NCBI GenBank assembly: GCA_026770705.1
Contig: JANJGN010000022.1
Coordinates: 56,978,001-57,042,000, forward strand
Direction of reading: 5' to 3'
From: Isurus oxyrinchus
Lineage: Eukaryota
Length of the DNA stretch: 64,000 nt
Part shown: positions 39,178-50,175 of the stretch, in pieces
Position numbering within the stretch: position 1 is the stretch's first letter
Layout of the letters: every line of letters begins with the position of its first letter
Translations under genes and position numbers: made by a program
The notes under the pieces: model-generated
Seen by the model: the letters and a program-made list of their open reading frames with translations, nothing else
Database searches by the model: none
Told to the model about the DNA's origin: nothing

Positions 39178-40082
39178 CATAAGACCTTAAGACGTAGAAG
39201 CAGAAATAGGCCTTTTGGCCCATCAAGCCAGCTCTGCTATTCAATGAGATCATAGCTGATCTGATAATCCTCAACTCCACTTTCCTGCCTTTTCCCCGTA
39301 ACCCTTGATTCCCTTACTGATTAAAAACCTGTCTATCTCAGCCTTGAATATACTTAATAACCCAGCCTCTACAGCCCTCTGTGGGAAAGAATTTCACAGA
39401 TTGAAATCCCTTCTTATCTCTGTTTTAAATGGGCAACCCCTTACTCTGTGATTATGCCCTCTGGTCCTAGACTCTCCCACAAGGGGAAACAACCTCTCAG
39501 CATCTACCCTGTAAACCCTGAAGAATCTTATATGTTTCAATAAGGTCGCCTCTCATTCTTCTAAACTCCAATGAGTACAGGCCCAACCTACTCAACCTCT
39601 CCTCATAAGAAAATCCCTCCATATCCGGGATCAATCTAGTGAACCTTCTCTGGACTGCCTCCAATGCCAGTATATCTTTCCTTAGATAAGGGGACCAAAA
39701 CTGTTCACAGCATTCTAGGTGTGGTCTAATTAGTGCCTTGTATAGCTTTAGTAAGACTTCCCTATTTTTAGACTCCATTCCCTTTGAAATAAAGACCAAC
39801 ATTCCATTTGCCTTCCCTATTACCTGTTGAAAATGTATGTTAGCTTTTTGGGATTCATGCATGAGGACCCCCAAATCCCTGTGCTGCAGCTTTCTTCAGT
39901 CTTTCTCCATTTAAAAAGTATTCAGCTCCTCTATTCTTCCTGCCAAAGTGCATAACCTCACACTTTCCCACATTATATTCCAACTGCCACATTTTTGCCC
40001 ACTCACTTAACCTGTCCATACCTCTCTGTAGACTCTTTGTGTCACCCTCACCATTTGCCTTTCCACCTATTTTTGTGTCATT
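39178..40082 (-). mobile_element. CR1 LINE fragment nested in the LTR element
   Basis: DTKIGG and LYKALIRPHLECCEQFWSPYLRKDILALEAVQRRFTRLIP, plus a CR1 tail. Confidence 0.92.
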
Positions 40083-40142
40083 GCTATTGTACATTACAAC
40101 TGTAAGCCCTTACCATAGTCATCGGAGTTATTTCCCTCCAGT

Positions 40143-41895
40143 ATGCCACAATTTGGCCATATCAAACTGTTTGATCAGGCCACTGATGACTGGTCACATT
40201 ATATTGAACACCTTGCATTTTTCTTTTTAGCCAACAACATATCGGGGGAGGAGAAGAGGCGAGCGATCCTCTCATCGACATGTTGCAGTAAAACGTTTGG
40301 CCTAATTGGTAGTCTAAAGGCACCCAACACCCCAGATTCCAAGAGCTTTGACGAGTTGGTGAATCTTGTGAAAACCACTTTCAGCCAAAACCCTTGGTAA
40401 CAAAGCAGTGCTTTAAGTTCAATTCGAGATGTCGTGCTCCTGGAGACAGTCACTTGCTGTGTAGCAGCCTTAAAACAATTGACAGAGCAACTGTGAGTTC
40501 AGGATGTCGATTAACGACATGTTAAGAGACCGATTAGTGTGTGGGATTAACAAAGACGCCATTCAAAAAAGGTTGTGTCAGAAACAAATTTAGACTTCAG
40601 CAAGGCGCTGGAGTTGGCGCTGGCAATGGAGACCACGGTCAGGGACTCAGAAGAAATCAAGGGAGCACAAAATGGCGCCATCCTTCACATCGGGAGGGAG
40701 GCACCAGCTAGAAATGACGCGGAAACTCAGGGCTCCGCGGAAAGGTGGGAAACAGCCACCATTAACACACCAGCGAAAAGCAATGGCTTAACGGATAAAA
40801 ACTACATTAATAATGGCAGAATTGGAACCAGGCGGCCTACAAACGAACAACAATTTAAAAGAACCAAGTATTTCTACTGCCATCGCAATGGGCACATTAT
40901 GCGATATTGTAAAGAAAGATTGAGGCCAAATTACAAACAAAAAGGCCGAAGCCGTGAAATTTATATAACGAAGGAACCAGAAGAAACAGAGTCAGATGTT
41001 TACTCGCTGCACAACTTAAAAATGGGTAAAACAAAGCCAATCTACGTGACATTAGAAGTCAACAGAAAACCCCTTCAAATGCACGACAGGCGAAGGGGAA
41101 CACCTTTAATTATCTGAATGGAGGAGGTCACTCACTAAAGCTGGAAAACTCAGATGCCAAACTAAAGACATATACTGGCGAAAACATACAAGTAAACGTT
41201 GAATACAAGAGCAGGGAGGTTATGCTGGAAGTGTATAAAACGTTGGTTGGGCCACAACTGCAGTTCTTTGTGCAGTTCTGGTCACCACATTTTAGGAAGG
41301 ACATGATTGCACTGGAGACAAGATTTACCAGGATGCTGCCTGGGCTGGAGGGTCTGAGCTATGAGGAAAGATTGCATAGACTGGGGTTGTTTTCCTTGGA
41401 GCAGTGAAGGTTGAGAGGGGACCTGATAGAGGTGTACAACATTATGAGGGGCATAGATAGGATGGATTGGAAGGCACTTTTTCCATTAGTAGAGGGGTCA
41501 ATAACCAGGGGGCATAGATTTAAGATAAGAGATAGAAGACTAAGAAGGGAGTTGAGGAGAAAGGTTTTCACCCAGAGGGTGGTGGGGAGTCTGGAGCTCA
41601 CTGCCTGAAAGGGTGGTTGAGTCAGAAACTCTCATAACCTTTAAGAAGTATTTAGATATTCACTCACATTGCCACAGCCTCCAGGGCTATGGGCCAAGTG
41701 TTGGAAAGTGGGATTAGTGTAGTCAGATCTTTGTTGATCAGTGCGGACACAATGGGCTGAATGGCTTCCTTCTGTGCTGTAAATGTCTATGAGTTTATAA
41801 AAGGTTCCAGTACAATATGGAAACCAGTCTGCTAACCTACCCCTTATTGTGATAGGCACAGGGCTGAGTCTCCTTGGAACAAACTGGTTAACAGA
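40143..41895 (+). pseudogene. Gypsy gag (zinc knuckle) plus retropepsin, frameshifted and split by a CR1
   Basis: FDQATDDWSHYIEHL.FFFLANNI..EKRRAIL, LRDRLVCGI and FYCHRNGHIMRYC (decayed CCHC). Protease pieces PIYVTLEVN..., KLKTYTGENIQV and, after the CR1, VPVQYGNQSANLPLIV..SLLGTNWL. Confidence 0.85.
41198..41795 (+). mobile_element. CR1 LINE 3' fragment nested in the protease
   Basis: VYKTLVGPQLQFFVQFWSPHFRKD, RGDLIEVY and KVFTQRVV, with tail ttctgtgctgtaaatgtctatg. Confidence 0.9.
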
Positions 41896-41959
41896 GACCA
41901 GTCGGAGAGATTACTGAAATCTCAATCAGAAGCAGGGAGTGTTGCTGATGGGAAGAAGG

Positions 41960-42458
41960 AGCAGGTAAAGACTCCAAAAGGAACTCGTAGAGCTGATGCT
42001 TCAGGACAGAGTTTGAGTTGAAGTCAGTGACCTCCAAAAAGAAAAAGAAAACCTGCTAAAGGACTTTCGCATGTTGCAAGATTCCCTCAGATCCCAATTT
42101 GTATCACTAAAAGGGTATGAGGAAGAACAGAAAGAGTTCAGCATATCTCTGACTGAGATGAGGAATTAATTAGCTGAGAAAGCACTACAGGAGACAACTA
42201 ACAAATATAAAATATTTGGGAGAACTGAAGAACCAGCTACATGGAAGCCAAGAAGCTTTAAAGATAGAGACCCCTGAGTTTTCAAAGGAGCTGACAGATG
42301 AGGAAATGGTGGAAGACTCAACCACCGAGTTCACTCAAGTTGAGCTCATACCTGAGCCTAGCCTGGCCAATAGGGATGTGGAAGAGGAAGCCGAGATTAA
42401 AGTCAGCGCTGCCAAGAAGGAAACCCATCAAAAGAAGACACGTAGGAAGAGAAAGTGA
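41960..42458 (+). pseudogene. Coiled-coil/acidic ORF remnant in the pol position of the LTR element
   Basis: RLQKELVELML..*VEVSDLQKEKENLLKDFRMLQDSLRSQFVSLKGYEEEQKEFSISLTEMRN*LAEK..., then GELKNQL...KKTRRKRK*. No RT or integrase motifs. Confidence 0.5.
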
Positions 42459-42550
42459 AATTACTAACAAGGCCCCGAAATTTTTTTACGCAACAGGAAG
42501 CTGATCACTTTGTGTTGCATTTAGCCTTGCCCAACATCCTAACCCTCAGA

Positions 42551-42788
42551 TAAAAGCAAAATACTGCGGATGCTGGAAATCTGAAACAAAAACAAAAATT
42601 GCTGGAAAATCTCAGCAGGTCTGACAGCATCTGTGGAGAGGAAGACAGAGTTAATGTTTTGAGTCCCTATGACTCTCCTTCAGAACTTCTGATGAAGAAT
42701 CATACAGACTCGAAACGTTAACTCTGTCTTCCTCTCCACAGATGCTGTCAGACCTGCTGAGTTTTTCCAGCAAATTTTGTTTTTGATT
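42551..42788. mobile_element. Palindromic Penelope-end mini-element with HHR motifs
   Basis: Inverted arms of ~100 bp. TSD ctaaccctcaga (42539-42550) / ctaactctcaga (42789-42800). Confidence 0.88.
42685..42723 (+). ncRNA. Minimal type I hammerhead ribozyme-like motif
   Basis: CUGAUGA-A-GAAUC/AUACA/GACUC-GAAAC-GUU-AACU. The canonical core is intact and stem II has one mismatch. Confidence 0.6.
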
Positions 42789-43182
42789 CTAACTCTCAGA
42801 ACCTGTCTGACAGTTGCCTTTCATATTGTTGAACTAGGAGGGGAGGGGCTACATAAGTGCAGGAGGATAGGGCCTGAAAAAGAGTGAAAACATTCCCGTT
42901 GGAGTCTACACCACAGATGGAAGGAACTCCTCTTGCTTTGGAAGTACCTGTAGTACCCATAGAGCCTGGGAGAGCCGAAGAGGAAACTTACAGGTTCCTA
43001 CTGGGGAGCCTAGTGGACAGATAACTCCTGAAAGGAAGGCCTCAGATAAAGCATCCGAAGTCGTAGAATTAAGACGATCGATAATTTTGAAAAAGCCTCA
43101 TGAGAGACTGAATTTGTAAATAGTTCACTTTTGTAAATAGTTAATATATTGTAAAATGTACCTTCAAGTATAGGGGGAGGGA

Positions 43183-43474
43183 TGTGGTAATCTGAGGTGT
43201 AATACACCTTAAAGAGAATGTGAGCAGATTGACCACATGACTGAAATACCCAATAGCTGTGCAGCGCGGGCTACCATGTTAATGTTAGTCTAGAGTAGGG
43301 TCTGGCTGGATAAACATACATTATGTTAATGCTCTGTTGTTTGTGTAAATAAATAGCAGGTCCTTCATTTCATATTGGTCTCTGCGTCTGCAGTATATTG
43401 TAATCGACTCACCGGCCGACAGATAAGCATGAAACCAGTTCACAAGCAAAGCCACCCCGTAGTAAAACATAAGA
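43183..43474 (+). repeat. 3' LTR
   Basis: Begins with TG immediately after the PPT at 43172-43182. Direct repeat of 38784-39075. Confidence 0.92.
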
Positions 43475-43643
43475 CCATTGTAGTGGCAAATGTCACCCCG
43501 ACAGGGCCTCAATGTTATACATTGAATCTCTTGAAGTTCTCCACAAATACTCACTGATCTTCAGTGGATATTGATGGTGAAGCTGATATTGGCTTTCCAC
43601 TATCAGGTAGCCACAAATACTGCACAACTCTTAAATAGACTAT

Positions 43644-44440
43644 GGGCTGGATATTAACAGGGGCAGATTTTGTAGGCAGGAATACAATTAAGGACAGGAA
43701 ATCAAGAAATCCAAGTTTCACTGGATACGATGAACCCCAGGCTTTTTAACTCTACAGGTTTTCCCATTTGGAAGTCAGCTTGATTGACAGGTTTGGCTCA
43801 CAGTCAGACTGGGAGAAGTCTGGAGCAGATTGCAAGAGCAGGCCACAGGAGCAGGTAGACTCCATCCACAATCCTGGGCTGGGCAGGATCTGGCTCAAGG
43901 ATAGGGGTGGCTCCAATTCACGAACTCAGGTGGGGCAGGAGCCAATCCCTGACCTCAGCGGGGGAGGTCTGTTTCCCCGACTATGGGGGGAGTCCAATCC
44001 CTGACCTTGGAGTGCGGGGGGGTGGGGGGTGGTGCATTCATTCACTGACCCTTGGGTTCTTGAATGGAGGGTTGTCCTTTGGGAGCCGGGGGTGGGGGAG
44101 TGTTGAGGACACACTCCTGCTCTTCTTGCCAGCAAGCCATGCTGTAAAGACACTTTTTTTTCTCTCTCCAAAGCTCTCTTTGGCTCCGCCGGTGGCAGGA
44201 TGTTGTTGAGGTACATCACTGAGCCAATTGGCACCCATTGACTTTGAGCCCACTACAACTTAATGGTGGCTCAGGGATTAAATGGGAGCCACATGGCTTT
44301 CCCACGACTCCCGATGGCCATCCAGCTCCTGTCAGGGTTGTCAGCAGCCTTCTGGGGAGTGTCTCTCGTTGTCAGGCACTCTATTCCTGACCTAGGGACA
44401 CGGCTTTGGGTAGGGGTGGTTCTGAAAGCCACTCCCCTTG
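43644..44440. mobile_element. GC-rich non-autonomous DNA-transposon-like element
   Basis: Starts gggctggatatt (Harbinger-like TIR) and has a GC-rich body. The right end is obscured by the C-rich tract. Confidence 0.4.
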
Positions 44441-44442
44441 CC

Positions 44443-44682
44443 ACCCGCCCCCTCCCCCCCACCCCCCCCACCTCCCCCCCCACCTCCCCCCCACCTCCCC
44501 CCCCCACCCCCCCCACCTCCCCCCCGCACCTCCCCCCCACCTCCCCCCCACACCCCCCCCAACCCCCCCCCCCACCCCCCCCACCTCCCCCCCACCTCCC
44601 CCCCACCCCCCCACCTCCCCCCCCACCCCCCCAACCTCCCCCCCACCTCCCCACCCCCCACCCCCTCCCCCCTCCCCCCACC
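44443..44682. repeat. C-rich low-complexity tract, (CCACCTC4-7)-like, G-quadruplex-prone on the - strand
   Basis: About 240 bp of C-runs separated by a, acct or g. It is the source of the spurious Pro/Gly ORFs. Confidence 0.9.
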
Positions 44683-44821
44683 AACAACTAAGTTGGGCTT
44701 AGTGAATCTGGCATCTGGAACCAACCTTTGGAATTGTGAATTGTGCTGGATGGAATGACTGGAATCATCGCTCTAAAGAAAACGTACTTCAAATGCACCT
44801 GCAGAAAACAGATAGCATTAC

Positions 44822-44975
44822 TCTGAAGAAGAGTCCTATGGATTCTGAAGGAATACAGACTTGAAACGCTAACTCTTGTTTCTCTCTCCACAGATGCTGC
44901 CAGACCTGTTGAGAGTTTTTCCAGCATTTTCTGTTTCCATTTCAGATTTCCAGCAACCACAATGTTTTGCTTCTA
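44822..44975 (+). mobile_element. Penelope 3'-end copy with a rearranged HHR-like motif
   Basis: ctgaagaagagtc...gacttgaaacgctaact followed by cagatgctgccagacctg...gatttccagca. Confidence 0.75.
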
Positions 44976-45422
44976 TTAAGATACTCCCTTTTTTGTCAAA
45001 TGTACAGGCTTCATTCTTAAAACAGACAAATTTATGCAAATATTGTACCGGTTTCATTATACTGCAGCTTGGCATGTGTTTAGTGTAACACCGGGCTGGC
45101 AAAGTTGAACTGCACTGTCATGGAAGAACGAGTACGGTTAGCACTATAGATTGGAGACTTAATAACATCAGCCAATATCGTCAGTGCACATTTCTAACTT
45201 AGCAACCTTGGAATTTCATCTTCTTAAACACCTGACGGTGGTACCTCTTTAAGTACCAGTTTACTGCATGGAGCTGCAAACTATTCAGCAGGATAACATT
45301 CATAAATTCAATGTGCCTGTACTGCCTGAAGGTTTTCTTTATTTTAATGAAAAATGGTGGAGCTTTGATTAAACTGGCTCCAGTTAAATTTTGACGACTC
45401 TCTCTCTCTCTCTCTTTTCAAG

Positions 45423-45490
45423 GCTTCTCCTCGACACAACCGAATGATGTAGAAACTGGGCGGTTCAGCCTGATTTCACCTGCCTCATAA
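45423..45490 (+). other. Candidate short terminal exon, phase 1: (G)FSSTQPNDVETGRFSLISPAS*
   Basis: Branch-like ttgac, (CT)n tract and AAG acceptor at 45422. The frame is open with retained CpGs, has TAA at 45488 and is followed by AATAAA at 45502. Confidence 0.3.
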
Positions 45491-47269
45491 ATCTTCAGCA
45501 AAATAAATGCTGCTCCATTTTCCTTGTCTCCCCTCTCCTTTGTGGTGATAATGCACATTAGCAGCTGCCTGGCTGCACCCTTTCATGAGACAATGAGGTG
45601 AGGCAAGAAGAAACATTAGCATTGAGGCCCAGGAAACTTTTACTGTTGTGCGGCTGGATGCTTCAGAGATGAGTTCGGCACAGTGAGATGTTTTAAAGAA
45701 AGGCATTGCAGAGAGAAATGAATACTGCAGACATTGCCTGGATACTTGCTGAGCAGATTTAATTCAACTATGTTACAATTTATAGTACGTAAACTTCCGA
45801 CTGAGAATTTTGTTTCATAACTTTTAAATGTAATAAATAACATATTGATTACAATTGGATTCATAAAACCAGCATATCCCACACAGATGAAGTTTCAGTG
45901 TATCTTCCTTTTTCTATTATAACAGGTGCAAAAATTAATCAAAACTGTTCATTTAAAATGATCCAAGTGAATCGCTAAGGACATTTGTGGAGATTACTTT
46001 AAAACAGCAGCTATCAGGTGCCCCCTCTTAGTAAAAAGTTTGTAAATCGTGTTGCATTGGCCTCTTTGCTTTCAAATTGCTCGATATTAATGTTGTTTTA
46101 GAAAGTCCCTCTCTGAAAGTGCCACCAAAAACATGTTCCATGTGTGGTAGTGAAACGATGCAGATAGTACAAACTGGCGGAACAGGTGACTATTTTCATT
46201 CTACCTCTCACTCAACTCCCCATTAAAAAGAACTTGGGGTGAACAAAAGTTCACCTGAATTAATGATATGACTTGCCCCACCCCACCCCCTCCCAGTGCA
46301 GCAGATGGAAGGACCTTGGGGACCTGGACTTTGCTGCTCAATGGCACCATGTGAGGTCTCATTCTTTCGGGAAGGTGCCACGCGGCAGGAGGTAAACGGT
46401 GCAGTATTCTTATAACAACACAGAGGAATTACCTCAACATCACTGAAACACAGTCAGGCAAAACCAAACTCCCATCTCATTTTGCTGCACTTCGCCACAA
46501 GAGTCGGTCATTTGTCAGATTTTGCAAGGTAGAGTAATCCTCACACAAGGTAAATTAGTGGATGCTATAAAAAAAAAGGTTTATAATCAACAAAAAAAAC
46601 CTACCAGAGATTTATTTTGTCCACAAACACATGCATTCCAACAGCCGAGGATAATTAAATGTCAAACACTGGTCAAACACTAGGGAACGCTAGAGGGCAG
46701 TGTAATGGTGCTGTCTGTTGGAGGACTGATGCTCCATACCATGGAGTAGAGTGGTCCTTGGCTGGATCCCCATGTTGCTTGTTTCCTGATTGGAGTCCCT
46801 CAGAGCAGCGGCTTTTGATTCTCACTGTTAGGGTGAAGAAAAAGCAAGGGGGGTCAGTGCAGTACCAAGTGCCTCCTGGTAAATAGCTACTGGCTGAACA
46901 AGCTGCTCAGCAGCCCTTTTGGTACCAGAAGAACTAAGCTAATTAGATTCAAGCACCAGGAGACAAGTTAGCTTGAAAAAAAATCATCTGAAGATAAATT
47001 ATATAGACAACGGAGGATTTTTTTTCCTTTCTTTTGCTATGCTAGTTGATTTCCTTTGGTGTTTAACATATGTAATCCAGGTAAGGTACAGTACAGGCTG
47101 GGGGTAAAGTGGACCAAGATGCACAGCTATAACTCAGGCAACATTTTAAAGTCATACATTTTTGCCCTTCATTTTATGTAATCCTTTAATTTTATTTCAT
47201 TGTTTATGGTTTAGCAATCATCTGGTGTGACTGAAGCACATCATGCACTATGTATGGGCCCTTGTTCGC

Positions 47270-48608
47270 TGCCAACACTGTTTACAACACTAGGATTATT
47301 CTGAAAAGCAAGGTAGCCCCTGACTCCTTTCTTCCGCTACTGGACATCTATTTAAACTCCTTTCTCCTGTCCTCTCTATCCTACCCTCCTACAACAAGTG
47401 TAAGGAGCTCATGGTTTCCTTTGCCGCTAAGATTGAGACCATCCATTCAACTGCCTCTCCACAGCCTGTCATACTTCACCTTGCTCAAAAAGCTAGCCCT
47501 CCCAAGGATGAGCCAGCCTTATAGAACCATAGAAAAGTTACAGCGCAGAAAGAGGCCATTCAGCCCACCGTAACTGTGCCAGCCAAAAAAGAGAAACTAG
47601 TTGCTCATTGTAATTCCATGTTCCAGCACCTGGTCCGTAGCCTTGCAGGTTACAGCACTTCAGCTGCAGATTCAGGCACCTTTTAAATGAGTTGAGCATT
47701 TCAGCCTCAACCACCGACTTAGGCAGTGAATTCCAAACACTCACCACCCTCTGGGTGAAAAAGATTTTCTTCACCTCCCCTCTTATCCTTCTACCAATCA
47801 CCTTAAATTTATGCACCCTGGTAATTGACCCCTCAGCTACATCCTTCCTTCTACCCTATCTAGGCCCCTCATAATTTTGTACACCTCAATTAGGTCACCC
47901 CTCAGCCTCCTCTGTTCTAAGGAAAACAATCCTAGCCTATCCAATCTTTCCTCATAACTGCATTCCCTGAAATGCATCTTTATCTTTTTTTCTATCTCTT
48001 CCCATGCCCTCTCTAGTCTTGTCCATCAGACCCAACTCCTGTTCTCTGGACCCCATTCCTATTAAGCTGCTAATTGCCCTATTTCCTTTTCTGGTCCCCA
48101 TGTGAGATGATATTATAAATGGTTCCCTCTCCTCACCCCACCCCTCCCCCACCCTCGTTCAAAACTCTTCATCAACATCCACTTCAAAAAAACTCTTGTC
48201 CTTACAAATTACCATCCTATCTCCAACCTTCATTCTTCTTAAGTCCTTGAGAGCAGTGGCACTTTGCAAATACGTGGCCATCTTTCCTATATCTACAATC
48301 AAGTTTCCACCCTGTCATTGCACTGAAATGGCATTAACTCAAGTCACAAATATCACCTGTGACAGTGGCCATGGTGCCATGTTCTTCTTGACCTTTCTGC
48401 AGACTTTGACATAGTTGACAGTACCATCCTTCTCCATGCCTCTACTCCATTGTCCAAATCTGAGGGGCTTCCCTCTTCGAGATATCCAGCCATAACCTAT
48501 ACAATCTTCAGTAATAGCTTTTCTAAATGTCCTGACTCATCATCTCTAGATTGTCTCAAGGATCTATCCTTGATCCCCCATCTACATGCTCCCCCACTGC
48601 AACATCAT
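47270..48608 (+). mobile_element. Old L2-type LINE ORF2 fragment, split by a CR1
   Basis: Decayed motifs PNSCSLDPIP, NYHPISNL, HCTEMAL, LDLSADFDIVD and SQGSILDP. Confidence 0.7.
47520..47968 (-). mobile_element. CR1 LINE 3' fragment
   Basis: HKFKVIGRRIRGEVKKIFFTQRVVSVWNSLP, with tail ttctatggttctat. Confidence 0.88.
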
Positions 48609-48610
48609 CA

Positions 48611-50175
48611 AGGCAAATCATGTTAAACCAATTTATTGGAGTTCTTTAAAGAAGTAACATGTGCTGTAGATAAAGGGGAGCGGTGGATGTACTGTACTTA
48701 GATTTTCAGAAGCCATTTGCTAAAGTGGCACATCAAAGGTTATTGCAGAAAATAAAAGTTCATGGTGCAGAGGGTGACATATTGGTATGGAGAGAAGATT
48801 GGCTAGTTAACAGGAAGCAGACAGTAGGCATAAAAGGCTCATTTTCTGGTTGGCAGAATGTGATGATTGGTGTGCCACAGGGATCAGTGCTGGGGCCGCA
48901 ACTCTTTTAAACTACAATTTATATAAATGACTTGGATGAAGGGACCAAATAAATTTGCTGATGACACAAAGATAGGTAGGAAAGTAAGTTGTGAAGAGGA
49001 CATAAGGAGGTTACAAAGGGATGTAGATATGTTCAGTGAGTGGGCAAAGATCTGGAAAATAGAGTATAATGTGGGAAAATGTGAAATTGTCCATTTTGAC
49101 AGGAAGAATAAAAGAGAAGCATATTATCTAAATGGTGAGAGATTGCAGAGCTCTGAGATGCAGAGGGATCTGGGTGTCCTAGTGCATGAATCACAAAAGG
49201 TTAGTATGCAGGTACAGGAAGTAATTAGGATGGTTAATAGAATTTTATCCAAAACAGAATTACCTGGAAAAACTCAGCAGGTCTTGCAGCATCGGCGGAG
49301 AAGAAAAGAGTTGACGTTTTGAGTCCTCATGACCCTTCGACCGAACTGAGTTGACGTTTCGAGTCCTCATGACCCTTCGACCGAACTGAGTTTGGTCGAA
49401 GGGTCATGAGGACTCGAAACGTCAACTCAGTTCGGTCGAAGGGTCATGAGGACTTGAAACGTCAACTCTTTTCTTCTCCACCGATGCTGCCAGACCTGCT
49501 GAGTTTTCCCCAGGTAATTCTGTTTTTGTTTTGGATTTCCAGCATCTGCAGTTTTTTTGTTTTTATCAATAGAATTTTATCGTTTACTGTGAAGGGAATT
49601 GAATACAAAAGTAGGGAGATTATACTTCAGTTATACAGGGCATTGGTGAGACCACACCTGGAGTACTGTGTACAATATTGGTCTCCCTATTTAAGGAAGG
49701 ATATAAATGTATTGGAAGCAGTTCAGAGAAGGTTTACTAGATTAATACCAAGGACCTTGGGATTCTTGTCTCCACTGAAGTTTAGAAGAGTAAGAGGTGA
49801 CTTGATTGAAACATATAAGGTCCTGAGGGGCCTTGACAAGGTGGATGTGGAGATGATGTTTCCTCTTGTGGGAGAATCTAGAACTGGGGGGTCACTGTTT
49901 AAAAATAAGGGATCGCCCATTTAAGACAATGATGAGAGAATGTTTTTCTCTCAGAGGGTGGTGAGTCTTTGGAACTCTCTTCCCCAAAAGGAGGCGGAAG
50001 CAGAGTCTTTGAATATTTTTAAGGCAACGGTAGAAAGATTCATGATAAACTAAGGGGTGAAAGGCTATGGGGTTGGGCGGGAATGTCGAGTTGAGGTTAC
50101 AATTAGATCAGCTATGAATTATTGAATGGCGGAGCAGACTCAAAGTGCTTTACTCCTGCTCCTAATTCATACGTT
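48611..50175 (+). mobile_element. CR1 LINE 3' fragment (RT domain to tail)
   Basis: VDVLYLDFQK, GVPQGSVLGP, KFADDTKIG and LYRALVRPHLEYCVQYWSP. Interrupted by the insertion at 49250-49567. Confidence 0.93.
49250..49567. mobile_element. Palindromic Penelope-end mini-element with four 40-nt HHR-like units
   Basis: Perfect 14-bp TSD AATAGAATTTTATC (49236-49249 and 49568-49581). Units at 49308-49347 and 49348-49387 (-), and 49389-49428 and 49429-49468 (+), with a 1-nt centre at 49388. Confidence 0.92.

Larger units (their letters stand above)
38784..43474 (+). mobile_element. Gypsy/Ty3-type LTR retroelement, non-autonomous (gag + protease, no RT/RH/IN)
   Basis: Two 292-bp LTRs. TSD ccact/ccatt. 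Degenerate primer-binding site (PBS) tgacaatgagg after the 5' LTR and polypurine tract (PPT) agggggaggga before the 3' LTR. Confidence 0.9.

Noticed and set aside
44263-44758. Pro-rich and Gly-rich ORFs (formin/extensin-like)
   Set aside because: They are a by-product of the C-rich tract, which lacks stop codons in all frames.
47046-47080. Possible 35-nt internal exon (tag|TTGATT...CAG|gtaagg)
   Set aside because: The splice signals are plausible, but the peptide is unrecognised and such sites arise often by chance.
49308-49468. 40-bp repeats as a CRISPR array
   Set aside because: There are no unique spacers, the repeats are contiguous and switch orientation, and the context is a vertebrate Penelope-derived insertion.
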